Below, piece after piece: positions 20,051-30,495 of a DNA stretch of 64,000 nt. The DNA is from a bacterium. GTDB taxonomy: Bacteria > Zhuqueibacterota > QNDG01 > JAFGCO01. Made by a program: the position numbers and the translations under genes. The stretch covers positions 16,238 through 80,237 of the forward strand of contig JAFGCO010000006.1 in NCBI GenBank assembly GCA_016932575.1, written 5' to 3'. The notes beneath the pieces were generated by a model. That model was not told the origin of the DNA and ran no database searches. It saw only the letters and a list, made by a program, of their open reading frames with translations. The stretch's first letter is position 1. Every line of letters starts with the position of its first letter.

Positions 20051-21062
20051 AAGCGTTCTCCTGTTGGCGCCGTTTCCGGGTGATTTTCAGCAGATTTTGA
20101 ATATACCGTTTTTTCGAAGCCTGGTAAATGGGCAGTTCAATGTGAAAGCTCGTGCCCTTGTTGCGCCCTTTGCTGTGTACAGAAATTCTGCCGCCATGAT
20201 ACCGGATGATTTCGCGCGTCCAATAAAGACCCAGGCCTGTCCCCTTGACATTTGGACTGTGGGGATCATGTGTTCGGTAGAATTTATCAAACACCTTTTT
20301 TTGATCCGATGCACATATGCCTATCCCCTGATCTTTATAATCGAGTGAAAATGTCCTTAGGCCACAATGCAAACGGATTGATATGTGTACTGAATCGGGA
20401 CTATATTTGATTGAATTGTCTATCAGATTGTCCAGTACAATTTTCAATGCATTGCGGTCTGCAACGCACCGGCATTCTCCCGATCCGCGGATCTGAACCG
20501 CATCCGAAGGCAGATTGAACTGTTCCATGGATTCCAGAACAAGCTCATGAATGAATGGAATGATTGGATAGACATCATAATTATGGGCGACTTTTTTTTG
20601 CTCCAGAGCCGGTATTTCAAGTATGGCATTGATCAGCTTGTTCAGGCGGGCTGTGTCTTTCAGCATCATATCGATAAATGCTTTTTGCCTTAATTTTGGA
20701 AGATGATGCAAATTCAGAGTCTCAAGGGCCAGCTGTATGGAAGCCAGAGGCGATTTTAATTCATGGGTGACATTGGCGATAAAATTATCATAGAGCCGCG
20801 CCAAATTAAGCTGCATATTCAATCGGTGAAAAAGCAGGGACATCAACACAGAAACCACAATCAGGAGTACCAAACCGCTGACCAGCACAAAAACATTACG
20901 GCCTTCCGAGATGATTTCAGCAGAGAATTTATCATCCACTTCACTGAAAATAATATAATTGGAGACGTACCAGTATATCCAGATACCGAGCAGCGAAAGG
21001 CTGGCAATTTGTGCCAGGACAAAGATAAAGATGGGATAAAAAAATGAGCGGGGATGTTTCAT
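20040..21062 (-). CDS. sensor histidine kinase (two TM helices, HisKA, HATPase_c)
   Basis: H-box ANVTHELKSPLASI. N/G boxes DNLIDNSIKYS and GTGLGL. Its stop overlaps the regulator start by 11 nt, which suggests translational coupling. Confidence 0.9.
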   Translation of the reverse strand: MKHPRSFFYPIFIFVLAQIASLSLLGIWIYWYVSNYIIFSEVDDKFSAEIISEGRNVFVLVSGLVLLIVVSVLMSLLFHRLNMQLNLARLYDNFIANVTHELKSPLASIQLALETLNLHHLPKLRQKAFIDMMLKDTARLNKLINAILEIPALEQKKVAHNYDVYPIIPFIHELVLESMEQFNLPSDAVQIRGSGECRCVADRNALKIVLDNLIDNSIKYSPDSVHISIRLHCGLRTFSLDYKDQGIGICASDQKKVFDKFYRTHDPHSPNVKGTGLGLYWTREIIRYHGGRISVHSKGRNKGTSFHIELPIYQASKKRYIQNLLKITRKRRQQENAFEE

Positions 21063-21206
21063 TCAGAGATCCGCCGGTTTTACAGTACTTTTACAAATGA
21101 GGACTGTTTGAATCTGTATATTATAATATAAAATTTAAGGTGAATAAAAAAGCGTTTTTTTATTCACCAAAATCTTGATCATAATGAATTCCAGAAGGAG
21201 TGCAAT

Positions 21207-22685
21207 ATGAATATATTAATGGTTAATCCTGAGATGCCCTCAACATTCTGGAGTTTCAGAAATGCACTGAAATTTGTATCCAAGAAATCCTCGGAACCGC
21301 CGCTGGGATTACTGACAGTTGCTTCCATGCTGCCGAAACACTGGGAAGTCAAATTGATCGATATGAATGTATGTGTATTGAAAAACCGGGATTTGGATTG
21401 GGCTGACTTTGTATTTCTTACCGGAATGAATGTACAACGCAAATCGTTTCAGGATGTTGTGTCGAGATGTCAATCCCGGGGCGTCAAGATTGTCGCCGGG
21501 GGACCTATGGTGACCACCGAAAGTGAAACATTCACCGGAATCGACCATTTGATTTTAAATGAAGCAGAAGAAACCCTTCCCGGATTTTTCAGAGATCTTG
21601 AGGATGGATGTGCGAAGCCCGTCTATGCTTCCGGCCACTTTCCGGAACTTCAAAAAACGCCTTTGCCGAGATGGGATCTTCTGGATAAAAAGAAATATGC
21701 CAGTATAAGTGTACAGTATTCTCGCGGTTGTCCGTTCGATTGTGAATTTTGCACGATTCCTCTTTTGAACGGACACAAGCCGCGGACCAAGAGTTCAGAA
21801 CAGTTTATAAGCGAACTGAATTCGCTCTACCGGATCGGATGGCGGGGGCCCGTTTTTATTGTGGATGACAATTTGATCGGTCATAAAAGACGGTTGAAGC
21901 ACGATCTGCTGCCTGCCTTAATTCAGTGGTCGGAAGCCAAAAAATATCCGTTCCGGTTTACGGCTGAAGTCTCCATGAATCTGGCGGATGATGAGACCCT
22001 GATTCAAATGCTGGTGCAGGCCGGATTTGAGCATGTATTTATCGGTGTTGAAACGCCGAACGACGAGAGCCTGGCGGAATGCGGAAAATCCCAAAATTTA
22101 AACCGGGATATGACAGTCTCCGTGCGTCAGCTTCAAAAACAGGGGCTCCGCGTTTCCGGAGGATTTATTGTGGGATTCGATCATGATCCACCTTCCATAT
22201 TCGAAAAGCAAATTCAGTTTATTAAAAAGAGCGGAATTGTCACAGCTATGGTCGGTATACTGAACGCCCCGACCGGTTCCAAATTGTTTCACCGGATGAA
22301 ATCGGAAAAAAGGCTGCTGGGTGTTATGAGCGGGGACAATATGGATGGATCCACCAATTTTATTCCCAAAATGCATCCGACAAAATTGAGCGAAGGGTAT
22401 AAGAAGATACTGAGAACTATCTATTCTCCACGAGAATACTATGAGCGGGTGAAATCCATGATGCAGGACTTTCATCCTTTCCCGGAAATGAAGCCCAGGA
22501 TTACCTGGAATGATATCGGGGCGCTTCTGAAATCAATGTGGATTCTGGGTGTATTGGAAAAAGGGAAACGCTATTACTGGAAACTATTTTTATACAGTCT
22601 GTTTCAATGTCCTAAAAAATTTCCTCTGGCCATTACCCTGCTGATTTACGGATTTCATTTCAGAAAAATTGCAGAATCGATTTAA
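21207..22685 (+). CDS. B12-binding-domain radical SAM protein (DUF4070 type)
   Basis: N-terminal B12-binding-like Rossmann region. CxxxCxxC-type motif RGCPFDCEFC. 492 aa. Confidence 0.8.
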   Translation: MNILMVNPEMPSTFWSFRNALKFVSKKSSEPPLGLLTVASMLPKHWEVKLIDMNVCVLKNRDLDWADFVFLTGMNVQRKSFQDVVSRCQSRGVKIVAGGPMVTTESETFTGIDHLILNEAEETLPGFFRDLEDGCAKPVYASGHFPELQKTPLPRWDLLDKKKYASISVQYSRGCPFDCEFCTIPLLNGHKPRTKSSEQFISELNSLYRIGWRGPVFIVDDNLIGHKRRLKHDLLPALIQWSEAKKYPFRFTAEVSMNLADDETLIQMLVQAGFEHVFIGVETPNDESLAECGKSQNLNRDMTVSVRQLQKQGLRVSGGFIVGFDHDPPSIFEKQIQFIKKSGIVTAMVGILNAPTGSKLFHRMKSEKRLLGVMSGDNMDGSTNFIPKMHPTKLSEGYKKILRTIYSPREYYERVKSMMQDFHPFPEMKPRITWNDIGALLKSMWILGVLEKGKRYYWKLFLYSLFQCPKKFPLAITLLIYGFHFRKIAESI

Positions 22686-22763
22686 TCTCATTTATTAAAC
22701 AAATTATCGTCGCTCAATAGCATATTGATTTTTTCAGGTAAATAACTGCAAAAAAGGAGTCTT

Positions 22764-23882
22764 ATGGCAAGTTTAATCATCGCTCCCTTGAAAATTGGTT
22801 CTGTGAGCGCGCCCATCCCGATCATTCAGGGTGGTATGGGTGTGGGCATATCAGGCGCCGGACTGGCCTCGGCTGTTGCCAACGAGGGCGGTATCGGCGT
22901 TGTTTCCGCAGTGGGCTTGGGATTTCATGAACCGGATTTTAACACACATTTCAAGGACGCCAATAAACGTGCGTTAAAGCATGAGATCCAGAAAGCACGT
23001 GAAAAAACAGATGGTTTGATCGGCGTGAACATCATGGTTGCCTTATCCGATTATGACAATTTAATGGAGGGGGCTGTGGAGGAGAACGCGGATTTTTTGT
23101 TTCTCGGTGCAGGATTGCCGCTCAAATTTTCTGAAGCCTTTCCTCCGGAGCGCTTGAAAACCATGAACACAAAAATTGTTCCGATTGTTTCCTCAGCCAA
23201 AGCTGTGCAGGTAATTTTTAATTTCTGGCAGAAGCGGTTTAATCATATTCCCGACGGGGTGGTTGTTGAAGGGCCTTTGGCCGGCGGACATCTCGGATTC
23301 AGAATGGAGCAGATTGAAAATCCGGACTATGCTTTGGAAAAATTGGTTCCCGATGTGGTCCGTACAATTCAGCCTTTTCAGCAGACTTTCGGAAAGGAAA
23401 TTCCTGTGATTGCCGGCGGCGGCATCTATACAGGCGAAGATATTTTTCGTATGCTGGAATTAGGCGCTCAGGGTGTGCAAATGGGCACCCGGTTTGTGGC
23501 AACGCATGAATGTGACGCAGATATCCGATTCAAAGAGGCATATATTCAAGCCGAGGCGGAGGATATTGTAATTATTCAAAGTCCGGTCGGACTACCGGGC
23601 CGGGCGATAAAAAACACATTTTTAAAGGATGTGTTTGCGGGAGTCAAAAAACCGTTTCAATGCCCGTGGAAATGCCTGCGCACCTGTAATTACCGGGAAT
23701 CCCCTTACTGTATTGCCGCTGCATTGACGCAAGCCAAAGACGGACGGCTGAAAAACGGATTTGCCTTTGCCGGAGCGAATGTCTGGCGTGTAAATAAAAT
23801 TGTCTCGGTAAAGGTGCTTATAAAATCGTTGCTCCAGGAATACAATAAAATGGTTATGGCAGGCGCGGCAGCAGATGAATGA
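22764..23882 (+). CDS. FMN-dependent nitronate monooxygenase / FabK-like enoyl reductase family oxidoreductase
   Basis: IIQGGMGVGISGAGLASAVANEGGIGV motif of the NMO/2-nitropropane dioxygenase family. C-terminal CxxC...C cluster. Confidence 0.8.
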   Translation: MASLIIAPLKIGSVSAPIPIIQGGMGVGISGAGLASAVANEGGIGVVSAVGLGFHEPDFNTHFKDANKRALKHEIQKAREKTDGLIGVNIMVALSDYDNLMEGAVEENADFLFLGAGLPLKFSEAFPPERLKTMNTKIVPIVSSAKAVQVIFNFWQKRFNHIPDGVVVEGPLAGGHLGFRMEQIENPDYALEKLVPDVVRTIQPFQQTFGKEIPVIAGGGIYTGEDIFRMLELGAQGVQMGTRFVATHECDADIRFKEAYIQAEAEDIVIIQSPVGLPGRAIKNTFLKDVFAGVKKPFQCPWKCLRTCNYRESPYCIAAALTQAKDGRLKNGFAFAGANVWRVNKIVSVKVLIKSLLQEYNKMVMAGAAADE

Positions 23883-24020
23883 CTTTATCTCAGGGTGTCA
23901 TGATAAAACCGGATGTGATAAGCCATCGCATTTCCCCTTTCGGAATTGGTGAAAGATATCTTCGGATTTGATTTGAATTTTTCCAAAGTAGTGAAAGAAT
24001 ATTTGACATTGAACAAATCT

Positions 24021-24821
24021 ATGTGCTACCTGATCATGTTGTTAATAGTTTGGCTGAGCCTAATTATATTTGATTTTAATTTGTTTGCTCAGAATGGAGA
24101 GAAGATGTTTCCGGATATGGAATTGGTTTTTATTGAGGGGAATGTAATATCAGAGAGTCATTGCAGTGATCATGCATATACTTCCAGTCCTGTTGTCGAA
24201 AGTTTCATGATGGGAAAATTTGAGGTAAATCAAGATCAGTGGTTATGGGTTATGTATTCGTTTAATCCATCCCAGTTTAAAGGATTTAATCAACCGGTTG
24301 AAAATGTCAGTTGGTATGATGCGATTCAATTCTGCAATTCGTTAAGTCATATGGAAGCGGTTGATCCATTCTATAATATTGATGGTATCAAAATTACACG
24401 AAATTTGAATTCAAGCGGATACAGACTACCGACTGAAGCTGAATGGGAATATGCGGCCCGGGGCGGCAAATGGTGCCATTCCTACCGATACAGTGGGAGT
24501 GACAGTGCTAAGGAAGTAGCCTGGTACGCCGAAAATTCAAATAACATGTCCCACAATATCGGTCAGAAAAGTCCGAATGAACTGGGGATTTATGATTTTA
24601 GCGGGAATGTGTGGGAGTGGTGTTGGGATGGTATCGGGAACGAGGTCACGACCTCGTTGATAGGCATTCAAAAAGATTCTGAAAAGTTATTTCGGGTGAT
24701 ACGGGGTGGTGGCTGGCAATGTCACTCGGATTCGCTGGGAATTACCAATTACAAGAATTTTCAATCTTCGGAAAGGCGTAGTGATTTGGGATTCAGGATA
24801 TGCAGATCAATTCATAAGTAA
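24021..24821 (+). CDS. formylglycine-generating enzyme (FGE-sulfatase/SUMF1/EgtB) family protein, secreted
   Basis: NVSWYDAIQFCNSLS, GYRLPTEAEWEYAARGG, RVIRGGGW motifs. ATG at 24021 begins a signal peptide; the ORF-track start at 23946 is less likely. Confidence 0.75.
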   Translation: MCYLIMLLIVWLSLIIFDFNLFAQNGEKMFPDMELVFIEGNVISESHCSDHAYTSSPVVESFMMGKFEVNQDQWLWVMYSFNPSQFKGFNQPVENVSWYDAIQFCNSLSHMEAVDPFYNIDGIKITRNLNSSGYRLPTEAEWEYAARGGKWCHSYRYSGSDSAKEVAWYAENSNNMSHNIGQKSPNELGIYDFSGNVWEWCWDGIGNEVTTSLIGIQKDSEKLFRVIRGGGWQCHSDSLGITNYKNFQSSERRSDLGFRICRSIHK

Positions 24822-24904
24822 AGGTTAACTATATTAAATGAGCCCCATTGGATTCTGAACTGGGTTTTAAAAAGAAGCATATGGGAATTGAAATATTGAG
24901 ACCA

Positions 24905-26392
24905 CTAATACTTGCGTCGTTTCCTTGTTCTGTTTTTATCACCAGAATCCTTGGATTTTGGGGAGTCTGATTTGTTGTTCGCTGGCTGAGATACTGGTGC
25001 ATGAAGCATTTGCTGGTAATAATCGTCCAGCAGCATGGCGATAATGGCTGACTCGTCTTCGCTTTCCGCAAGGGCGCGTCCCAGCGCCTTGAATCGCCTG
25101 CTGCGTTCAGTTTTTAATTTATCCCGGTCACGAAGACGGGCTTCGAGCAGAGCGGTCAGGCGTTCGGTAACCACAGTTTGTACATCAGCGTCTGTGGGCA
25201 GAGGCCATTCCTGCATGTCAATATTGTATCGTTTCACAATCCGGTTCAGCATAAATTTTTCCTTTTGATTCACCATAGCGATAGCGACACCCGTTGCACC
25301 CGCACGGCCTGTACGCCCGGCACGGTGAATATACACTTCAAAATCTTCAGGAATCTGATATTGAAATACATGTGAAAGGCTGGGAATGTCCAATCCGCGA
25401 GCTGCTACATCCGTTGCCACCAGGAAACGAAGTGTTCCCTGGCGTACCAGGGCCAGTACCCGTTCCCGGTGTTTTTGAGACAAATCGGAGGTCAATTCGT
25501 CCGCGTCGTATCCGAACCGCTGTAAAACAGTCGTGACATAATGCACTTCAGCCTTGGTGTTGCAAAAAATAATGGCCGAAGACGGATTTTCAATTTCTAT
25601 GATGCGGATGAGGCTGCGATCTTTATCCATGCCAGGAACTGTATAAAAGACATGAGTCGTGTCTGTGACATGCACATGGTCTTCACTGAGAGAGAGGAAC
25701 TCGGGTGCATGTATAAATTCTTCGGCGATGGTTCGCACCTGGGGAGGAAAGGTGGCAGAGAACATGCAGGTGTGCAGGTGCTTTGGCAAATGCCCCTTCA
25801 ATTTGATCATATCCGGATAAAATCCCATGGAAAGCATGCGGTCTGCCTCATCAAAGATGAGCATTGTCAAATGTTTCGAATCCAGATTCTTCTTTAAAAG
25901 ATGGTCTAAAATCCGTCCGGGGGTTCCAACAACAATATGCGTACCCTTTGTTAAAGCCTGGATCTGAGCCTTGTACCCCACGCCGCCATAAACTGCCGCA
26001 GTGCGGAGCCCCTGGTTTCCCAGCAGTATTTCCGTTTCCCGCCAGACTTGTTTGGCTAGCTCTCGGGTTGGCACCAGAATGAGTGATTGACAATGCGGCC
26101 GGGAAGCATCCAACAGCTCCAGCATAGGCAAAATGAAAGCGCCGGTTTTACCACTGCCCGTCCGTGCCTGAATTATCATATTTCTTTTTGCCAGAAGATA
26201 AGGAACAGCACGGGCTTGAACAGGCATAAGAGAAGACCAGCCGACGCGGGCCGCGGCTTCCTGCAATGCACGCGGCAGTTCTTCCAGAGTCACATTCGAC
26301 AAGGACCGGTTCGATGGATTCACAGTCACCTCGCCTTCATTATTTACTTTCATCTTTGGATTTCCACTTGATTCATTTCTCGACGAACACAT
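24905..26392 (-). CDS. DEAD-box ATP-dependent RNA helicase
   Basis: Q-motif, Walker A TGSGKT, DEAD, SAT, HRAGRTGR motifs, and a basic C-terminal tail. The true start may be the Met at 26353. Confidence 0.9.
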   Translation of the reverse strand: MCSSRNESSGNPKMKVNNEGEVTVNPSNRSLSNVTLEELPRALQEAAARVGWSSLMPVQARAVPYLLAKRNMIIQARTGSGKTGAFILPMLELLDASRPHCQSLILVPTRELAKQVWRETEILLGNQGLRTAAVYGGVGYKAQIQALTKGTHIVVGTPGRILDHLLKKNLDSKHLTMLIFDEADRMLSMGFYPDMIKLKGHLPKHLHTCMFSATFPPQVRTIAEEFIHAPEFLSLSEDHVHVTDTTHVFYTVPGMDKDRSLIRIIEIENPSSAIIFCNTKAEVHYVTTVLQRFGYDADELTSDLSQKHRERVLALVRQGTLRFLVATDVAARGLDIPSLSHVFQYQIPEDFEVYIHRAGRTGRAGATGVAIAMVNQKEKFMLNRIVKRYNIDMQEWPLPTDADVQTVVTERLTALLEARLRDRDKLKTERSRRFKALGRALAESEDESAIIAMLLDDYYQQMLHAPVSQPANNKSDSPKSKDSGDKNRTRKRRKY

Positions 26393-26436
26393 GGATAACA
26401 GTATCGGCTTCGAGCCAAATGCCCTTTAATTCAGCC

Positions 26437-26790
26437 TTAATGGGCATGACTGTGTGAAATTTCTTCAGGGGCGACATCCCGAACGGATTCTATCCGGACA
26501 TCGAAATGAAGGGTTTGTCCGGTCAGAGGATGATTGGCATTCACCGTGACTCCCTGGTCATCTACCTCCTGAACTAACAGTAACCGGACACTCACATCCG
26601 CTGCGGAGGGTTGCAGCTGCATGCCGGGTTGGACTTTGCCGACTTCCTTGAATACATGATGCGGGAGTTTCTGAATTAAATCCGGATTGGGTTTGCCGTA
26701 TGCCTTTTCAGGCGGTACAATGACTTGAAGGTGATCTCCCTCATTTTTCCCGGTCAGTTCCTTCTCCAGCCCCGGAATCAGTTTGTTCAT
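26437..26790 (-). CDS. FKBP-type peptidyl-prolyl isomerase, SlyD-like; N-terminus and start are uncertain
   Basis: FTCLHGMNKLIPGLEKEL ... GMQLQ ... NHPLTGQTLHFDVRIESVRD aligns with the SlyD FKBP plus insert-in-flap core, and the C-terminus is His-rich. Similarity continues upstream of the first ATG, to about 26870, without a canonical start codon, and the maximal ORF overlaps asd. Confidence 0.55.
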   Translation of the reverse strand: MNKLIPGLEKELTGKNEGDHLQVIVPPEKAYGKPNPDLIQKLPHHVFKEVGKVQPGMQLQPSAADVSVRLLLVQEVDDQGVTVNANHPLTGQTLHFDVRIESVRDVAPEEISHSHAH

Positions 26791-26848
26791 GCCGTGTAAA
26801 CAGGTAAACGGCTCCCGGCTTTCCGAAGAATCCAGTGTTTTTCCCTGA

Positions 26849-27934
26849 TTATCCGATATATCCTTTGCTGACCAAAAGTTCGGCTGTGAGTACCGAACCG
26901 CCGGCCGCGCCGCGAAGTGTATTATGGGACAGGGCAATAAATTTCCAGTCGAGAATCGTATCCTCCCGGAATCTTCCGGCAGTGACGCACATGCCGTGCC
27001 CCAGATCACGGTCCAACCGGGTCTGCGGACGATCGTCTTCTTCACAATAGACCAGAAATTTTTCGGGCGATGAGGGTAGATCCAGATCTGCAATCGGATT
27101 TTGATAATTTTGAATTGCGCTGATTATCTGATCCAGCATCGGTTTGATCCTGAACGCTGCATTCACAGCGACCAGATGCCCATCCGAAACCGGAACACGC
27201 ACGCAATTCGCAGAGATGACCGGTTTTTCTGCCAGAACCAGTTGGTCACCTTTCAACCTGCCCCAGATTTTTAAGGGCTCATCTTCGCTTTTCTTTTCTT
27301 CACCGGCAATATAGGGAATGACATTATCGATGATTTCGGGAGCCGTATCCAAAGTTTTCCCGCCACCTGATATGGCCTGATAGGTCGATACAATCACTTT
27401 TTCCGGTCCGAATGATTTCAGTGCGTCCAGAACAGGAACATAAGATTGAATTGAACAGTTGGGTTTCACAACAATCAATCCCCTGCTCCATCCGCGGTTC
27501 CGACGTTGAATGTCGATCAATGCGATATGCTGATGATTGATTTCAGGCATTAGCATGGGGACGTCTTCGGTCCAACGATGGGCGGAATTATTGGAAACCA
27601 CAGGCACATCTTTCGCGGCATACATGATTTCGATATCGCGCACCTTAACCTTATCCATGCTCAAAGCCGAAAATACGAAATCCGACCGATCGGCGACAGT
27701 GTCCACGTCCTTTTCCACTTCATAAACGGAGAGATCTCTGACAGCGTCCGGAATGTCCGTTTCCTGTGACCACCGGCCCGCAACCGCCTCTTTATAGGAT
27801 TTGTTTGCAGATCGGCTGGAGGCGGCCACGCAGCTGACCTGAAACCAGGGATGATCCGCCAGCAGCCTGATGAATTTCTGACCGACGGTTCCTGTTGCTC
27901 CCAGAATGCCCACTTTAAATTTTTTTGTAATCAT
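26849..27934 (-). CDS. asd: aspartate-semialdehyde dehydrogenase
   Basis: GATGTVGQ NAD(P) motif, active-site region, and the typical C-terminus LRGAAGGSVLTAELLVSKGYI. Confidence 0.9.
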   Translation of the reverse strand: MITKKFKVGILGATGTVGQKFIRLLADHPWFQVSCVAASSRSANKSYKEAVAGRWSQETDIPDAVRDLSVYEVEKDVDTVADRSDFVFSALSMDKVKVRDIEIMYAAKDVPVVSNNSAHRWTEDVPMLMPEINHQHIALIDIQRRNRGWSRGLIVVKPNCSIQSYVPVLDALKSFGPEKVIVSTYQAISGGGKTLDTAPEIIDNVIPYIAGEEKKSEDEPLKIWGRLKGDQLVLAEKPVISANCVRVPVSDGHLVAVNAAFRIKPMLDQIISAIQNYQNPIADLDLPSSPEKFLVYCEEDDRPQTRLDRDLGHGMCVTAGRFREDTILDWKFIALSHNTLRGAAGGSVLTAELLVSKGYIG

Positions 27935-28044
27935 AGATGACTCCGATATTTTTACACCTTTTGCAACCGGTCAAATAATTCTTTTATCATACGGGCTTTT
28001 TGCATTATGGCGGTGTTATTCTGATGAATGATCCGTGAACAATA

Positions 28045-30495
28045 TCAGGAAAGATAATTTGCGATCCGGATAATATCTGCAAATACTCCGGCTGCGGTCA
28101 CTTCCGCGCCTGCGCCCGGTCCCTTAATAACCAGAGGTAATTCATGATAGCGTTCAGTGGTCAATACCACCATATTGTCGCTGCCCGTCAATGCATAAAA
28201 GGGATGGCTTTTATCAATCGCTTTCAAACTGACCGTGGCCTGACCGTTTTCCAATGTGGCAATATATCGCAGAACCTGATCCTGACCGGCTGCTTTATCT
28301 CTTTTTTTCGCAAACTGCGGGTCCGCCTTTTCCAGCGCCTGAAAGAAACTCTTGACATCTCCGGCTTTCTGGCAGGATTCTGGAAGAATATTTTCCAGCC
28401 GAACCTGCTCGGATTCGAGGATCAGTCCGGTTTCACGGGCGAGAATCAGTATTTTTCTGGCCACGTCCAAACCGTTCATGTCATCCCGGGGATCCGGTTC
28501 GGACAATCCTTTGGCTTTGGCTTCTTTGACAATATCACTGAATTTTTTCTCTCCAGTAAATGAGTTGAAGATATAACTCAGTGTTCCGGACAGGATGGCT
28601 TCGATTTTTACAATTGTATCTCCGGAGCTGACCAGATCATTTAATGTGCTGATCACGGGAAGGCCGGCACCCACATTGGCTTCATAGAGAAATTTTACCC
28701 CTTTTTGTGCAGCCGTATCCCTCAGATCTTTGTATCTGGAATAAGGTCCCGAGTTGGCGATTTTATTCGGTGTTACAATCGAAATGCTGGCACTCAGGAT
28801 TTGTTTGTAATAATCAACGACGTCAGCGCTCCCTGTGCAATCCGCAAACACGGTGTTCGGGAGATTCATGTTCAGCATTTTGGTGATATATGCATGCAGG
28901 TCCATTCGAGGACCGTTTTTCAATATATTCTGCCAATTGCCGGTGTCGATAGGTGTTGAGTCCAGAATCATATGATCAATATCACCGATTCCCATCAGAC
29001 GAATATCCAGAGCTTTTTCAGATCGAAGCTTGCTTTGCTGATTTCCCATTTGTTTCAGAAGGGTCGATCCAATCAGGCCCGTACCGATGATAAATACGTG
29101 CAGCGATTTGGTATCAGAAAGAAAAAATGCCTCATGGAGCGCGTTAAGGGCCTTGGCTTCATCTTCGTCGGCAATCACCACTGAAATGTTCAATTCCGAA
29201 GATCCCTGGGCAATGGCCTGGACGTTTACGCCATTTTTCGCCAGCGCCTGAAAAAGACGAGAGGCGATTCCCGGTGTCCGGCGCATATTTTCTCCAACCA
29301 CTGCGACAATGGATACCCCGGTTTCAACATTAACCCGGTCCATATGTCCGGCGGATATTTCAAATGCGAATTCTTCTTCAATGGCCTTTTTGGCTGCATC
29401 TGCTTGGTTGGGCGCTATCGCAAAACAGATGGAATGTTCGGATGAGGCCTGTGTGATCAGAATGACATTGATTGCATTTTTTGCCAAAGCGCCGAACAGC
29501 CGTTTTGCAATACCAACAACTCCCATCATACCGCTACCCTGCACGCTGAGCAAAGCGGTTTGGTCGATTGAGGAGATGCCGCGCACAGGCTGATCTGAAT
29601 CCAAACCGGATCCGACAATGGTTCCTTTAAAGTCCGCATGAAAAATATTGCGAATATAAATCGGAATGTTGTGCTGTGCAGCCGGAATCATGGCAGGAGG
29701 GAAAATTAATTTTGCTCCGAAATGGGAGAGTTCCATGGCTTCGTCCCAGCTTAAGTGGTCAATTGGAAACGCTTTGGCTACCTTTTTGGGATCAGCGGTC
29801 ATGATTCCATCCACATCAGTCCAGATTTCCACGGCTTCGGCTTTCAGGGCTGCTCCTATAAGGGTGGCAGTGTAGTCAGAGCCACCCCGGCCCAGTGTGG
29901 TAATCTCGCCCTTTGAAGTCATCCCGATAAATCCTGGTACAATGGGAACTTTTGTTTTGCCGCTTAATTGTTTCTGAACGTTGCTGATGGTAGACTCCCA
30001 CTCGATTTTGGCTTTTCCGAACTGGTCATCTGTCGCGATCAGCGTACGCGGATCTATCAATTCAACAGGGATGGATCTCGCGCTCAGACAACCGACAAGA
30101 ATGACAGAGGCGAGTCTTTCACCAAAGCTCAGAATCAAATCAAGAGATTTTGGGGAAAGTTCCTTGAGCAGATGGACACCATGAATGGCATCTTTTAATG
30201 CGGACAGCAGTGATTCTGTATCATTGATCGTGTCTTTCTGCTTTGATTCAGGGATAAATGCCTGAATAACCTCAATATGTCGTTTTTGAATCACTTCAAG
30301 AGTTTGCAAATATGCATCATCTGAATTAACGGCGCTTTGGCTTAACTGCATCAGTTGATCGGTTACGCCGCCAAATGCGGAGAGAATAAGAACGATATCA
30401 GAATCGGATTGAATGGTCTTTTCCAGTCGGAGAAGCACACGTTCAATTTGTTGAATCCCGGTTAATGTTGAGCCGCCAAATTTCAATACTTTCAT
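28045..30495 (-). CDS. thrA: bifunctional aspartokinase / homoserine dehydrogenase
   Basis: N-terminus MKVLKFGGS (amino-acid kinase), two ACT regions, and a C-terminal homoserine dehydrogenase domain (FIIGTGLIG...). The ATG at 30495 is preferred over the longer ORF. Confidence 0.9.
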   Translation of the reverse strand: MKVLKFGGSTLTGIQQIERVLLRLEKTIQSDSDIVLILSAFGGVTDQLMQLSQSAVNSDDAYLQTLEVIQKRHIEVIQAFIPESKQKDTINDTESLLSALKDAIHGVHLLKELSPKSLDLILSFGERLASVILVGCLSARSIPVELIDPRTLIATDDQFGKAKIEWESTISNVQKQLSGKTKVPIVPGFIGMTSKGEITTLGRGGSDYTATLIGAALKAEAVEIWTDVDGIMTADPKKVAKAFPIDHLSWDEAMELSHFGAKLIFPPAMIPAAQHNIPIYIRNIFHADFKGTIVGSGLDSDQPVRGISSIDQTALLSVQGSGMMGVVGIAKRLFGALAKNAINVILITQASSEHSICFAIAPNQADAAKKAIEEEFAFEISAGHMDRVNVETGVSIVAVVGENMRRTPGIASRLFQALAKNGVNVQAIAQGSSELNISVVIADEDEAKALNALHEAFFLSDTKSLHVFIIGTGLIGSTLLKQMGNQQSKLRSEKALDIRLMGIGDIDHMILDSTPIDTGNWQNILKNGPRMDLHAYITKMLNMNLPNTVFADCTGSADVVDYYKQILSASISIVTPNKIANSGPYSRYKDLRDTAAQKGVKFLYEANVGAGLPVISTLNDLVSSGDTIVKIEAILSGTLSYIFNSFTGEKKFSDIVKEAKAKGLSEPDPRDDMNGLDVARKILILARETGLILESEQVRLENILPESCQKAGDVKSFFQALEKADPQFAKKRDKAAGQDQVLRYIATLENGQATVSLKAIDKSHPFYALTGSDNMVVLTTERYHELPLVIKGPGAGAEVTAAGVFADIIRIANYLS

